Part shown: piece by piece, positions 49,158-64,000 of the stretch
How the letters are laid out: the number at the start of each line of letters is the position of its first letter
How positions within the stretch are numbered: position 1 is the stretch's first letter
Source: Podarcis muralis
Lineage: Eukaryota
DNA length: 64,000 nucleotides
Direction: 5' to 3'
NCBI RefSeq assembly: GCF_964188315.1
Contig: NC_135671.1
Span: forward strand, 38,006,001-38,070,000
The notes under the pieces: model-generated
Seen by the model: the letters and a program-made list of their open reading frames with translations, nothing else
Database searches by the model: none
What the model was told of the DNA's origin: nothing
Made by a program: the position numbers and the translations under genes

Positions 49158-51162
49158 TAAAGCATGTGTTCTGCCACTGAGCCACAGCCCTCCCCTATCA
49201 TTCTGATTTCTAAGATGCATTAAAGGGCAGCTTTGAAGCTGACAAGACCAAACACACAGTTTAGAAGGCTGTGCCATAAATGAGTTGCTATGGATTTTTC
49301 AGTTGCTTTGTTTTCGGCTGTGGGTCGGTTCCCTCTCTGTCTAGGAAGAGACGTATAAAGAGGGTTGGATATGGATTACAGTATATATGTTAGTAGAATT
49401 TTCATGCAGTAGAAACTCTAAACTCAATGATAAAAAGCAAATGCTTTTTGTGATGTTCTATAATGGTTTTCTGTAGCCTATCTTGGGTCATGATTGAACT
49501 AAACATCAAAGATAATTGGTTTAAATAAGGAACATTTTCCAGGGGGGTAGTCATGTTAGTCTGCTGCTGCTGCTGCAACAACAACAACAAAAAGACTTGT
49601 GGCACCTTAAAGATGTAATACCTTTTATTACAGCAAAACGTTTCATGGGGTGTAATCTTCAGGTATGGGCAACAAATGTAAGGATGGAAGTGAACTGCAA
49701 TGGAATACAAAAAGTACAGTCTGACAATTCAACTAGAGCTTGAATGTATGCAAAATGAGGAACGTTTAATCCATGCCAAAATGCTCCAGCTTGGTTTCAG
49801 TGGTCCTCAGCAAGGTTCATGGTTCGTAATGAGAAGCACAGGGTCTTCTGCAAAACAACTTTATGCTCTCTCCCATTCATTATTGCTCCTGTTATTTGTG
49901 GGTAAGCTCTCACTGCCATACTTTTAAAAAGCTGATTGTATTTCCTCTACCTTTGCAATCCGTCTTCCTTTAATGCATAGATTTGTTCAAAAAATCTATC
50001 AATAGATTGACCTTCTCACCATGACCATTTCCAATGAAGACCTTCCAAAGGATTTGTCCTGATAGGACAGTATCAAATTTAAAAATGTATATACACATAG
50101 CAGTGCGGCCTCTGTATACCGTGAACCTGTGCTTTAATTATACCAACAGAAAAATCTGAAATGATCAATAAAATAATGAATTAATAAAAGATAACTGCTA
50201 GATGTGATTTAATCAGAGAGAAAGTGCAAAAAGCAGGTATCAGGAGTTGGTCAGCAATACATCACACAGAATAAGTGAAATCTTTCTTAGAAGAAACAAG
50301 GTCTGCTCAGGCCCAATGGGCACAGCAAATCTACTTGGTAGATCTTGCCTCTATGAGGCAGTTGTGGGACTGAAGGTCCCTGCCTCCCCCCAGCTGCCTA
50401 AGTCTCTTCCTCTCCCACAATTTGAGACTGTGCTGGTGTGCCTGCCTTTGCTTCTCCCCCTTCATCCTTCTTCTAGTCCTGGGAGGTCAGGGAAGAAGGT
50501 AGCTTGTCACACCAAGAGCAGGGGAACTCCTGGCTTCTTCACCAGCCTGACTCATCTCTGCCTCTCTGGCCTCCCCTCTTGCTTCCGATTCTGATTCTGC
50601 ACGTCTCTCTGCCACAGACTCTTCCTGCTCACTAAACCCTGTTACATCTTCAGCTTCAGACACATCCTCTTCCCAGGCTTCTCCCTCTGTCTACTCATCA
50701 TCATCCCACCACCAAGCCCTAGGCTCTGAGCATTAGTTCCTTGGGGGTTTCCTAGCTTGTACCTTCCACCATTCCTCTGTGTCCAACCAACCCATGACAC
50801 AGAGAGATGGGGAGAGAGATGTGTATATGGACAAAGGGATCATTTATGGACAATCCCTGAGGCTGCATATACTGTTCAGCTTTTTCTGAATGATTGCTGG
50901 TTCTGGAAGGACAGTGGCAGCAAGGGAGGAGTAGGGAGGAGAAAGTGGGAACCTGACTTCTGGGATGCCCTTCTCTCTCAGCGAGTAATCATGCTGGTGT
51001 GGCCCAGCACTTTCTCTGCTAGGTTGTCATATGTTCAACACAACAGTCAGTACAAAGGCCTTTTCCCTCCCCTGCCTGGATGCTGATGCAGCAATACAGT
51101 CCTCTGGGCTATCATCACCCTCCAGCATCAGCTCAATACATACATCAAGGAACACCAGGGCT

Positions 51163-54100
51163 ATGGGACAGAGCTTCACCCTTCTGCTCATCTTTCTGGG
51201 CGTGCAGGTTGTGGCAGGAGCCTTCAAAATCTGTGCTTTCAACATACGCAGTTTTGGAAGAGCCAAGGCAGCAAACCGGAGGGTCATGGGAGCTCTCGTC
51301 CAGGTGAGTTTGTGATTGATTTGGACCAAGGGCAATGGTGATAACAGTGCTTCATTACTTTAATGAGCAATTCTTGCTCTCAGCCCTGCTCAGAAACCAT
51401 GAACTGTATTCCTAACCCTAGAGATCTGGGGGCAGCTGTGGTTATGGCAGAGGTAAAAACACTGTGGATGGCAGGCTGCAAATGTATTCCTGCTACAATG
51501 ATAAGCAAATAGAATCATAGAATTAATAGGGACCTGAAGGGTAGTCTAGTCCAACCCTCTGCAATGCAGCAATCTCAACTAAAGCATCCATAGCAGATGA
51601 CCATAAGCAAATAGCAGGGAGAAAAATGTACCAGCTACTCCACAAGCTGGGAGATTTAAGACCATGTAACAAAAATGAATTCTGAGCCGGAGGTCTTTCA
51701 GTTGAGGCAGTCTGACAAGCAGCTAAGTTCAAAGGCCTGCTCTAGCCTGTATTAAATATGGGTTTAATTGCAAACTTAGGAATTTTAGGAGCATGTATCT
51801 CATAACTATAGGGCTCAAGCTCAGTGATAGAGCATCTGCCTTGCATGCAAAAGGTCCCATGTTCAAATCTTGGCATTGCTAAGACTGTTGTCTGAAACCT
51901 GGAAAGCTGCTACCAGTCAGTGTAGATACTAAGCAAAATAGTTCAGTGTCTGGCTTGGTAGAAGGCATCTGTCTAATACAAGTCATACAGCAACCCCTTG
52001 TTTTTAAGCAAAGGGATGTGTGCTTTTGACAAACATTGGCTCACTTGATTTTTTTATAATGTCAATGCAATGTGTAGAAACCACACATTGGTCAGCTTCA
52101 CCCTGACTGGAGTGCTGAAGCAATTCCTAATTCATCTCTAGGCAAGACCTGAAAACCTTTGCATGGAATCTTAGAGACAGAATTGTAGAGTTGGAAGGGA
52201 TCCTGAGGGTCATCTAGTCCAACCCCCTGCAATGCAGAAATCTCAGCTAAAGCTCTCTGCTTAAAAACCTCCAAGGAAGGAGAATTCACCACCTTCTTAT
52301 GGAGTCCATTCCACTGACAAACAGCTCTTACTGTCAGAAAGTTATTTTTGATGTTTAGTCAGAATCTCCTTTCTTATAACTTGAAGCCATCACTTTGGGT
52401 TCTATCCTCAACAGCAGAAGAAAACAAGTTTGCTCCATCTTCTATGTGACATCCCTTTGGAGTCGGTTATCATAGTCTCCTCTTTTCCAGTCTAAACATA
52501 CCCAACTCCCACAACCGTTCCACATAAGTCTTGGTTCCCAGGGCCTTGTCCATCCCCACCATGTCAACGTCCCCGGTCACCGCATGCTAAGGCAGTGATA
52601 TGAACAAATGCTGCATCTGGTTACCTTTGATCATTCTTTCCAATATGTTTACTTAAGAGTTTGGCGAGATTTTGTGAGATCTGGCAGATGTTGATGCTGC
52701 TTCTCCACCAGGGCAGAGGTGGAAGGGCTGCTGCTTCACTCTGCTCACGAGTGGAGGGGGCCTGGTGCCTACATTCCTTTCTGTTACTAATTAATTCATC
52801 CAAGACGTCAATGGATTTCCCCATCACTTCCTGCACCACAAACTGGTTACTGTTGTTTTTAAAAAGCAGGCAACAAAGCACTCTAATCCACTATGAAGTT
52901 CTGTAGAACAGTGGCAATGCGGAAGCAACCAGGACCAAGAGAAAGGGGGAAACATGTGTGACAGTGACAATGCCCAGAGCACCTCATTGCCCTGACCACC
53001 CACTCTTCTCCCACTGCCAGATCCTCTCTCGCTGTGATATTTCTGCCATCCAAGAGGTGCGGGACTCCAGGGGTGCAGCTATTCAGACGTTGCTGCGGGA
53101 GCTGAACAGGTAGTACCAGCAGAGGCTGCTAATCGTAGACATAGTCAAAACATGCAGTAGAAGGAGGGGGTATAATCTGAATGGTACAATTTCAGGTTAC
53201 AGGTGGTGTGGGGAGATCGCACAGTTAGTTTATTTTTATTCACATGGAGATTTCTTTTTTTTATTGTGGGGGAGCATTCTAACAAGGCTTCCCCCCATTG
53301 CTCCATTCTTCATCTGAGGATCCATTCTGTTATCAGGCAAAGTGGCATCTTGAACTCTTTCTCCCTGGCAGGTATGACCCCTCTCATCACTACAGCCGCC
53401 TGGAGAGCAAGAGGCTGGGGCGAGGCAGCTACAAGGAGCAGAATGTCTTTGTGTATCGGTAATGTCTGGGGGAGCTGGGAACATGACTATATCAGAGCCC
53501 CAGGAACCAAAATCCAACTCTGGCCTATATATGCATGTATATCCTCTTCCAAGATAGTGTTTTACAGGGGTGGCCATTTTGTTACCCACGGTGAAGGACA
53601 AAATGATACCTGCCTTCCTCAATTTCAATCACCAAAGCTGAGCAGTGTGAGAATTTATTTATTACTTATTTCAGTAATAAACACCCAAGTCACTAGGCAG
53701 TAAGGCTAAAAAGATACAGTGAATATGAAATCAGTTAAAACTAACCAAAAAATAAAAAACGTAGCTAAAATGCCTGCTGATTTTTAAAGAAAGAAAACAT
53801 TTTCACTAGATGTCAAAACTTCAAGGGGGGGGGGCTACCTGATCTCAGCTGTGGTTTCCACAGAAATGGATCCACAGTACTGAACATACAATATGTGCTA
53901 GAAGCTGTCCAGAATGGTTAGGTGAGGTATAACAACAACAACAATTTCCTTGCACTGCTGTTCCCCTCCTGCCCACCCACCTAGCTATGGCATCTACCAG
54001 CTGAGGCAGCCACTTCACTGCCTAACGGTAGGGCCAATTCTGGTATTTTAATTGCCAATCAATTATAACACATTTTAACAATATGCATTTCCATATTTGC

Positions 54101-56407
54101 TACCCACCCTTCCTCCAGAACTATTTTTTAGCCTCAGAAAAATGTATTTGGGCAAACAGGGGTATGAGACAATAATTTTACAGTGAACTTTGTTTTGGCT
54201 GAGCAGCGATTTCAGTCTGGATTTGCCACATATAAAGCTGGACTTAAGTGTCCATCCACTACTCCACACCTGCTCATTAGTGTTGGGTCTCGCAGCTCTG
54301 GTTTGTAGTTGGTGAACCAAGGCCTGGATCTCCTGAGGATATAAACCTGTGTTTGGGCTGAGACTTTGGCCTGCTGACAGAGGCTTACCTGATTTAATCA
54401 TAATAATGACCCCTTCACAAAGACAGATTGCAAATCGGGGTGAAAGGGAGTATCAGGGTGCTGACATCTATTTTTTTTTTAAAAAAAGGATAGAGGAACA
54501 TTCAGTCATGAGAGCTTCCACTTGCAGGCTCTGTATTGGAACAAAACCAGACACAGGTTTACTTTATCTTCCCTCTGATGCCTACTTTTTTGTCCTTGAC
54601 AGAATGGATGTTGTGTCAGTTACTGATTGGTGCCAGTTTGGGGATGAGGATGACAGAGATTACAAGGCATTTGCCCGGGGGCCCTTTGCCGCTCGCTTTC
54701 ACTCTCCATGCACAGGTAACACCCAGTTTCTCCACACAGAGGTCTAAATTGTTCTGGATACTTGTCCACAGATTCTTGGTGATCCAGGAGCTGTTACCTC
54801 CAAGGCAGTTATGGAAGATTACCTCGGTTTTAGGACTGAAAGCCTGGCATTTCTTATGGACATTTCTTATGGTCTGTTCTTAACCTGAAACTGTTCTTAA
54901 CCTGAAGCACCACTTCAGCTAATAGGGTTTCCTGCCGCCGTGCGATTTCTGTTCTCATCCTGAAGCAAAGTTCTTAACCCCAGGTACTATTTCTGGGTTA
55001 GCGGAGTCTGTAACCTGAAGCGTATGTAACCTGAAGCGTATGTAACCCGAGGTACCACTGTATAGCCTTAGTTGGAGTGTTCAGTGGTGCTTAGGGTAGA
55101 TGAGGAAACAGAGGAAATTGAATGTATTGAGAAGCTGAGGAAAAGGAGCTAGCTCTTGTTAACTGTGCATGTGTGTGTAAAAACAGCCACTAAGAGGAAA
55201 GATTAGGGAGATCAGTAGCGAAACCTCTCCCATCATCTGAACTGCTGTCTTCCACCCCACAGCTATCCTAGACTTTGTGCTACTTTTACACCACACCAGT
55301 CCTCGGGAAGCTGCCCATGAGCTTGATCTGCTGTTTGGAGTGTGCACAGAACTGATGCAACGGTGGAAAACTGAGGTATATTATGGGGGCAGGAGATGTT
55401 GTAAACTCAGCAGGTCACTAAGAACATAAAAGCCCTGCTGGATCAGAAGACCCATCTAGTCCAACATCTTGTTCTCACAGTGGCTGACCAGATGTGTAAT
55501 AGGGCATTCTCCTGGTCCCGATTCCCAGAAACTAGTTTTCAGAGGCATGCCACCTCCCCTAGTGGAGATGCTACTCACATACAACCCTTTCCTTGTGATC
55601 TGAATAGAATGTGATGCTGCTGGGAGATCTGAATGCTGCTGGTGCCTACATCCCAGCAAGTGCTTGGGCTGGGATCCGCCTGCGCAATCACCTTGCTTTC
55701 CACTGGCTCATTGGTGACGGAGAGGACACCACAGTCAGTCACCGGACCTGCTGTGCCTACGACAGGTACCAGAGGACACTTTTCAGCTCCACTCACCCAT
55801 TCTCAACATGCTTCCCCTTATTCCCAAAAGCAATCCAGTATTTGCCAGCCTTTCAAGCAAGCATGCCAGACAGAAAGTAAGCCCTGAGGAGATTGTGTCA
55901 CTTACAGTGTATACCATATGCCCTTTTTTGGTGTGGTTTTGCTTCTGGTCTGTTGAGCTGGAGAGCAGACAACACTATAGGCAGAGACTACTCCTGATCT
56001 GTGCCATAGCCAGGCCAAGAACTTAAGAGCTAACCTGGCACACTAGACTCCTGCTTTGTGTCACGTAAACTGACCATGCTTTTTTTGTTGGGGGCAGAGC
56101 AGAGACCCATCACACTCCACTTTTGTACTCTGTCCTCCCATGCTAGGATTATAGTCCATGGAGAAGAGCTGCTTGGCGCCATTGTACCCAGATCTGCCAA
56201 GCCTTTCAACTTCACACAAGCACTCGGACTATCGGAGGAAGAGGTGGGTGTAATTGGGCTCCTTTCTTAACTGGCTGCTAGTTTGAATATGATGTAGAGA
56301 CCTGAATAACCCACACCATTTCATTCCTACAGGCCCTAGCAATCAGCGACCACTATCCTGTAGAGGTGAATCTTCGGCTTGCTCCGAAAGCCCAGCGGGA
56401 GCTCTAA
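51163..56407 (+). CDS. Second DNase I-family gene (DNASE1L1-like copy B), 290 aa, signal peptide, no GPI tail
   Basis: Exons 51163-51303, 53021-53109, 53372-53458, 54603-54715, 55263-55375, 55608-55765, 56147-56243, 56333-56407 (873 nt); internal exon sizes identical to copy A. FKICAFN, IQEVRD, LHHTSP, GDLNAAG, TCCAYDR, ISDHYPVE..PKAQREL*. Confidence 0.93.
52170..52560 (-). mobile_element. CR1 LINE 3' fragment
   Basis: Minus GMFRLEKRRL motif and CR1 3' UTR (TTGGACTAGATGACCC..CCCTTCCAACTCTAC); related pieces at ~32445-32750 and ~51510-51610. Confidence 0.75.
54820..55060. mobile_element. Same MITE family, copy 6 (left end degenerate)
   Basis: Shared body; right TIR GAGGTACCACTG|TA. Confidence 0.75.
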
Positions 56408-57163
56408 ACCGTCAACCATCCTTCTGGCTATAGAAGCAAGGGCAATGGCAGGGCAAAAAGAGACTTCTCTGACTATTCCATTCAGCAAGACCCGTCAAGG
56501 GCAGCAGTGGAACTGCCATACAGTAAAAGCAGTCCAATGCACATACACTTCCCCCGCTCTGCACCTTGCCTCCAGCATGAAAGCCAAGATGACAGAAGCG
56601 CCCCATCTACGTTGTAGCTAGTGCTTGCAAGCCTACATGCAGGCCTATCCAGGTGTGCCACAAAATTCATCACCCAAGCTTAGGGCTGGGTGAATGGTAA
56701 ATATCCTACATGGGTCATAGGCATTAGGCGCAGCATTCAGCTTCCTTAGAAACTACAGTTTTTAAAGAAGTATCTTTCTTTCATTCAGTTGTCATCTATA
56801 TCCCATCCTTTAACCCCAGAAACTCCCAACATTGTTTATCCTAGATAATCCAATTTTTGTTTCGGTTGAACCAACCAACCCTGACGAAGCAGGATACTGC
56901 CTCAGTAACACACACAACACAACTGTGGTTCTGCAGTGCAGGGCAATATTAGTAATAGAGGATAAGCTGTCTGAAATGGCCCCCTTCCCAATCTGCTCTG
57001 AATTACAAGGCAACCTTTTCCTGCATACTTTGCCCTGGTAGTCTTACAGGTTTTTTTGCCCCATCCTTAGGAATGCTTATGGGAGACCAGCCTGAGGGAT
57101 TAGCTACTGTGAGAATTGTCTTGTGTGACACTGACAAAGGTTTACAGATGTTCAAATTCATTA

Positions 57164-57362
57164 CAGTGGTACCTTGGGTTAAGTACTTAATTTGTTACGG
57201 AGGTCCATACTTAACCTGAAACTGTTCTTAACCTGAAGCACCACTTTAGCTAATGGGGCCTCCTGCTGCCGCCGTAGCACGATTTCTGTTCTCATCCTGA
57301 AGCACTATTTCTGGGTTAGCGGAGTCTGTAACCTGAAGCGTATGTAACCCAAGGTACCACTG
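57164..57362. mobile_element. Same MITE family, copy 7
   Basis: TIRs and TA flanks. Confidence 0.85.
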
Positions 57363-57531
57363 TACTATGTTCACTTGTTTCCAGAAGAGGGTGAACGTAT
57401 GTTTGATGTTTTATCAAACCCACAGTAACATTAATGTAACAGTAAATACAGCAGCTCAATAGACATTTTTTATTTCCATTCATCTTCCTTCAAGAATTTA
57501 GGAAAGCAGCTTGTGGATAACCACCAAGCAC

Positions 57532-60765
<3,234 letters not shown>

Positions 60766-60901
60766 GGCTGCAGGTCTGAGAGGCAAAGAGAGAGAGAGAG
60801 AGAGTCAGTCCGGGGCCGCCAAGGGAAGCGGGCCGAGCGCGGGGCCTGCTTCTCGCTCTCAGGCCCAAGCCGCGCCGCAGCCGCCTCACCCGCGTACTCA
60901 C

Positions 60902-61070
60902 CTCGCCGAGCGGAAAGAGAGCGGGGAGCGCGCCTGCGCCCTGCTTATCAACGCTGCCGCTCTAGGACGGCCGCGGACACAGAGGTTGGGGCTTGTCTGG
61001 ACCGGAAGCAGCGGAAGCTTAACGTATCCGGAAGGTCGGCGCGACACGTTAGCTTCCGGGTTGATTCTGA
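60902..61070 (-). promoter_or_regulatory. RPL10 non-coding exon 1 with 5' TOP tract, and promoter
   Basis: Minus strand CTCTCTTTCCGCTCGGCGAG|GTGAGT (donor at 60901); clustered ETS/GABP CCGGAAG motifs at 61002-61060. Confidence 0.8.
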
Positions 61071-62050
61071 CTCCATTTGAGTGGACGTTTAAGCCTTTAA
61101 CTGAGGGATAGAAGGGCGAAGGAGGTGCCCGTGCAGTTTTAGATGGGAGATCTTAAAAACAACAACAACCCTCGTGTCAGTGCTGAACGTTATAATAGCC
61201 TCAGTATTTTGAACTGTATAACGTGTGGAATTGCCCGTGGCTTTTGAGTTAGGTGGTGCTAGTTTTCAAGGTTTTTATTCACGGGAAGGAGCTGCAATGC
61301 CTCTATCGACCTCCGCTCTTACTTGGCACTTCGAAATACAGTAACATAGTTGTTCTTTTTATACATCTATATATCTTTATCTACTGTATACTATTTTTGT
61401 TATCTTTGTACACATAAATAATAAAACATGGAGTGAAGCCGCGTACATGTACATGAGTGACAAAAAAATGGGTCACCGGGGGTGTAAAATGCTAAACATA
61501 TTTTGCAGTACCGTAATAATGAGGTAAACCAGTTCAATGAATTCTTCAAAAAATCAGCTTGGGAAACAGAGTAATAGTTGTTTTATTAATGTGGCTGTAA
61601 TAAGCAATTTTGTCGAAAGTTTACAGAAAAAGAAAACAAAGACTTAATTCACATTGAAGTCCAGTATGTATCATTTAACTTGCTGGCTTTCCGTATAGTC
61701 TTCAACCCCGAAACGAGGAGCAATTTTATTAAGACGTCCTTGCTTGCACAGTTCTACTCTAACTAAGGATGCATTGCAGCTCTCGTTGCATTCAGCTGAA
61801 ATCATAAGCAAAAGCAACACTAAACGAAGAGCAGAATAATTAAACGAATTTCTATTCGTTTGGCGCCTACTGTGAGCCCTGCTTTCTTTGGACATTACGA
61901 CCTGCTGGGTTAATAACTAATAAAATGGCAGCTGTGAGTTATTTACGGTTGCAAAGTACGAATGAGAATGCTAGGAATCCCGGAGAATATCCACCGGGAA
62001 TTATAAGGATCTCAAGCTCTGTCGGAAGAGACAGGCTAAAGCAACTTTAC

Positions 62051-62061
62051 TGCGCATGCGC
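62051..62061 (+). promoter_or_regulatory. NRF1-type site in a CpG promoter
   Basis: TGCGCATGCGC ~110 nt upstream of the ATG; typical of nuclear genes for mitochondrial proteins. Confidence 0.7.
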
Positions 62062-62171
62062 TCCTCCCGCCGCTTGTGCGGGAAGACGCGGTTTCTTACG
62101 GGATTTCGTCACAGGTCTCGCGGTATCTGGATAAGACTCCTCTTAATTCGCCCCCCTCAGAAGATTGAAGG

Positions 62172-63126
62172 ATGGCGGCTTCGGCAGTTTTGTACACTGG
62201 CAGGCAGCTGTGGAGGCCAGCCTTGTTGGCGTCCCGCTCGGTAAGACGACGGTTTCGACTGCGGTTGTGGACAATGACCTTGTCCGGAGGTGAAGAGAAA
62301 CCGGCGCCGCTTCTTGGTTTCCTCTCAGGGGAGTGGGTGGGCGGGCTGCGGCAACCGTTGCCATGTTTCCGATTGGTTAAGGAGGCAGACGGCGGGTGGG
62401 ACAAAAGGAGAATGGTGCTTTCGCATTGGCTGGCCTCTTATGGAAAGGTTTTTTTATTGGGCGCTTCCTTTGGGACTCGTTGCGTAGCAGATAATTTTGA
62501 TTGGGCGATAGATATGAGACTAGGAGAGGAGAATTAAAGGGCTAAAAGCACAACCAAGGAAATTAAAGGAAAGGAAACAGCCCCGTTTGCACGAGGAGAT
62601 GATGATGATGATGATTAGTAACCTCTATAGTAATGAGTCTGGAATAACTGCCACCCATTGCTTTCCTACAGACTTATTTATTAATTGCATTTATCTCCCA
62701 CCTTTCATCCAGAGAGCTCAAGGTGGTTCACACTTTTCCTGCTGCTCCCCATTTATCCTCACAACAGCAGCCCTGTGAGAGGTTGAGAGGCTGGCCCACA
62801 GTCACCCAGTGAGCGTCATGGCTGAATGTGGATTTGAACCCTTCATTAGCAGTAAATACTTGATCATATTTGATGGGACAGTTGAGCAAGAACGCTTTGA
62901 CAGAGCAAATATCCAGCTCTAGCTTCTGGCAAAGGGGAATAAATGAAAGATCTCGCCCAAACCTGTAATTTCACAGAGTCAGGCAGACACCTAGTGTTTC
63001 ATTCCTGTCTTGTAAGAATCCTTTATTTCTGGATTCCCCAAATCACCTTCCTTAGCCTATACTGTTTTTCTCTCTCCCTCACAGGTGCAGGCTCTGACAG
63101 ATGGCAGTCGCAGGAATGTGGCCTCG
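62172..63126 (+). CDS. IDH3G: Probable isocitrate dehydrogenase 3 gamma subunit, exons 1-2 (mitochondrial presequence); gene continues beyond the window
   Basis: Exon 62172-62240 MAASAVLYTGRQLWRPALLASRS|gtaaga; exon 63085-63126 VQALTDGSRRNVAS (42 nt, same length as human exon 2 VLGAHEVPSRNIFS); shared PALL. Only the poorly conserved presequence is visible. Confidence 0.62.
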
Positions 63127-64000
63127 GTTTGTATTGCTTGTGCTTGCCATCCTTTGTCACAGAGAGATGTTAGGGGAGGCACTCTTGTCTTCTGTTGTAC
63201 ATTATTTCCCCCACAAATTCACTGACCGCTGTCTATGGACAGATGGGGAATGTAAATAGTCCTGATGTGACACCTGTTTCTAATCTCTTTACTGATTGGG
63301 CACCCGAGGAGTTGGGATCAAATCTGGTATGCAAACAAAATGTTGCAATCTAGGACAGTTTCTCCTCTTGGAGGAAGATGTTCTAATGGGCTCTGCCATG
63401 TTGACCTGCCTTTTCCATGTCTTCTCTTTGTTCAATTGGAGTAATAATTCTGACTTATTAACTGTGTAGGGAAATTACAAGGTAATAACAGTCTTGTACC
63501 TTTTAAAATCAGTGGTTAAAATCAGTGCAGTTTTCAAAGGTTGAGGCTATTATCTTGATTCAAAATGGCATCCAATTTTATCCCAACATAGATGAAAATC
63601 TGCTCCTTGATTCACAAACTGTTGTGCAAAATTTGGTTATGATATCTTGAAGAGGTATCCAAATGCATAGCAAGCAACTAACTTTCCAAAATACATGGAA
63701 AAATTAAAAAGATCTGTGGATAACATTTCAGAGGCACCAGATATACTTTCTGGACCCTTGGAAGTTTGGTCTTGTAGTCCTTAATACACTCTGGCTTCCC
63801 TGTTCACTGAAGCTGGTGTCCGTGCGGATTAGAATCCTGGTCATATTTGTTTAAAAATGAAAGAAATCTTTGACTATTGCAGCACACAGAGGAAGTCACA
63901 CTCTGTAAATCGCAATACTATAATGGATCTAAGGACCTAAGAGATTGTAAAGCACTCTGCTGGTTAAAATGCTAGATGAAGGATCTTGGCAAATGTTTGG

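Noticed and set aside
61671-61895. 74-aa minus ORF with a hydrophobic stretch between RPL10 and IDH3G; SSR4 considered
   Set aside because: No similarity to SSR4 or any recalled protein; no splice support

Overview
Squamate genomic DNA, probably a lacertid lizard (inferred from Sauria SINE, Bov-B and the gene structures). It carries the block syntenic to human Xq28, annotated here by manual exon reconstruction from GT-AG boundaries and translation. In order: ATP6AP1 (minus, exons 1-6, runs off the left edge), TAFAZZIN (minus, complete, 262 aa), a spliced 664-aa BED-finger/hAT transposase-derived gene resembling Tol2 (plus, head-to-head with TAFAZZIN), two complete tandem DNASE1L1-like genes (plus; copy A has a GPI-type tail, copy B has an altered cysteine/Ca-site pattern and ends -QREL), RPL10 (minus, complete, hosting SNORA70) and the probable first two exons of IDH3G (plus). 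An intact Rex1/Babar-type LINE with a 60-62 bp target-site duplication sits between the DNase genes. Introns and spacers are rich in MITEs, SINEs, CR1/L2/Bov-B fragments and solo LTRs. Best leads: the candidate domesticated Tol2-like transposase, the divergent second DNase, and the intact Rex1 insertion. All homology calls rest on recalled family sequences; no database search was run.
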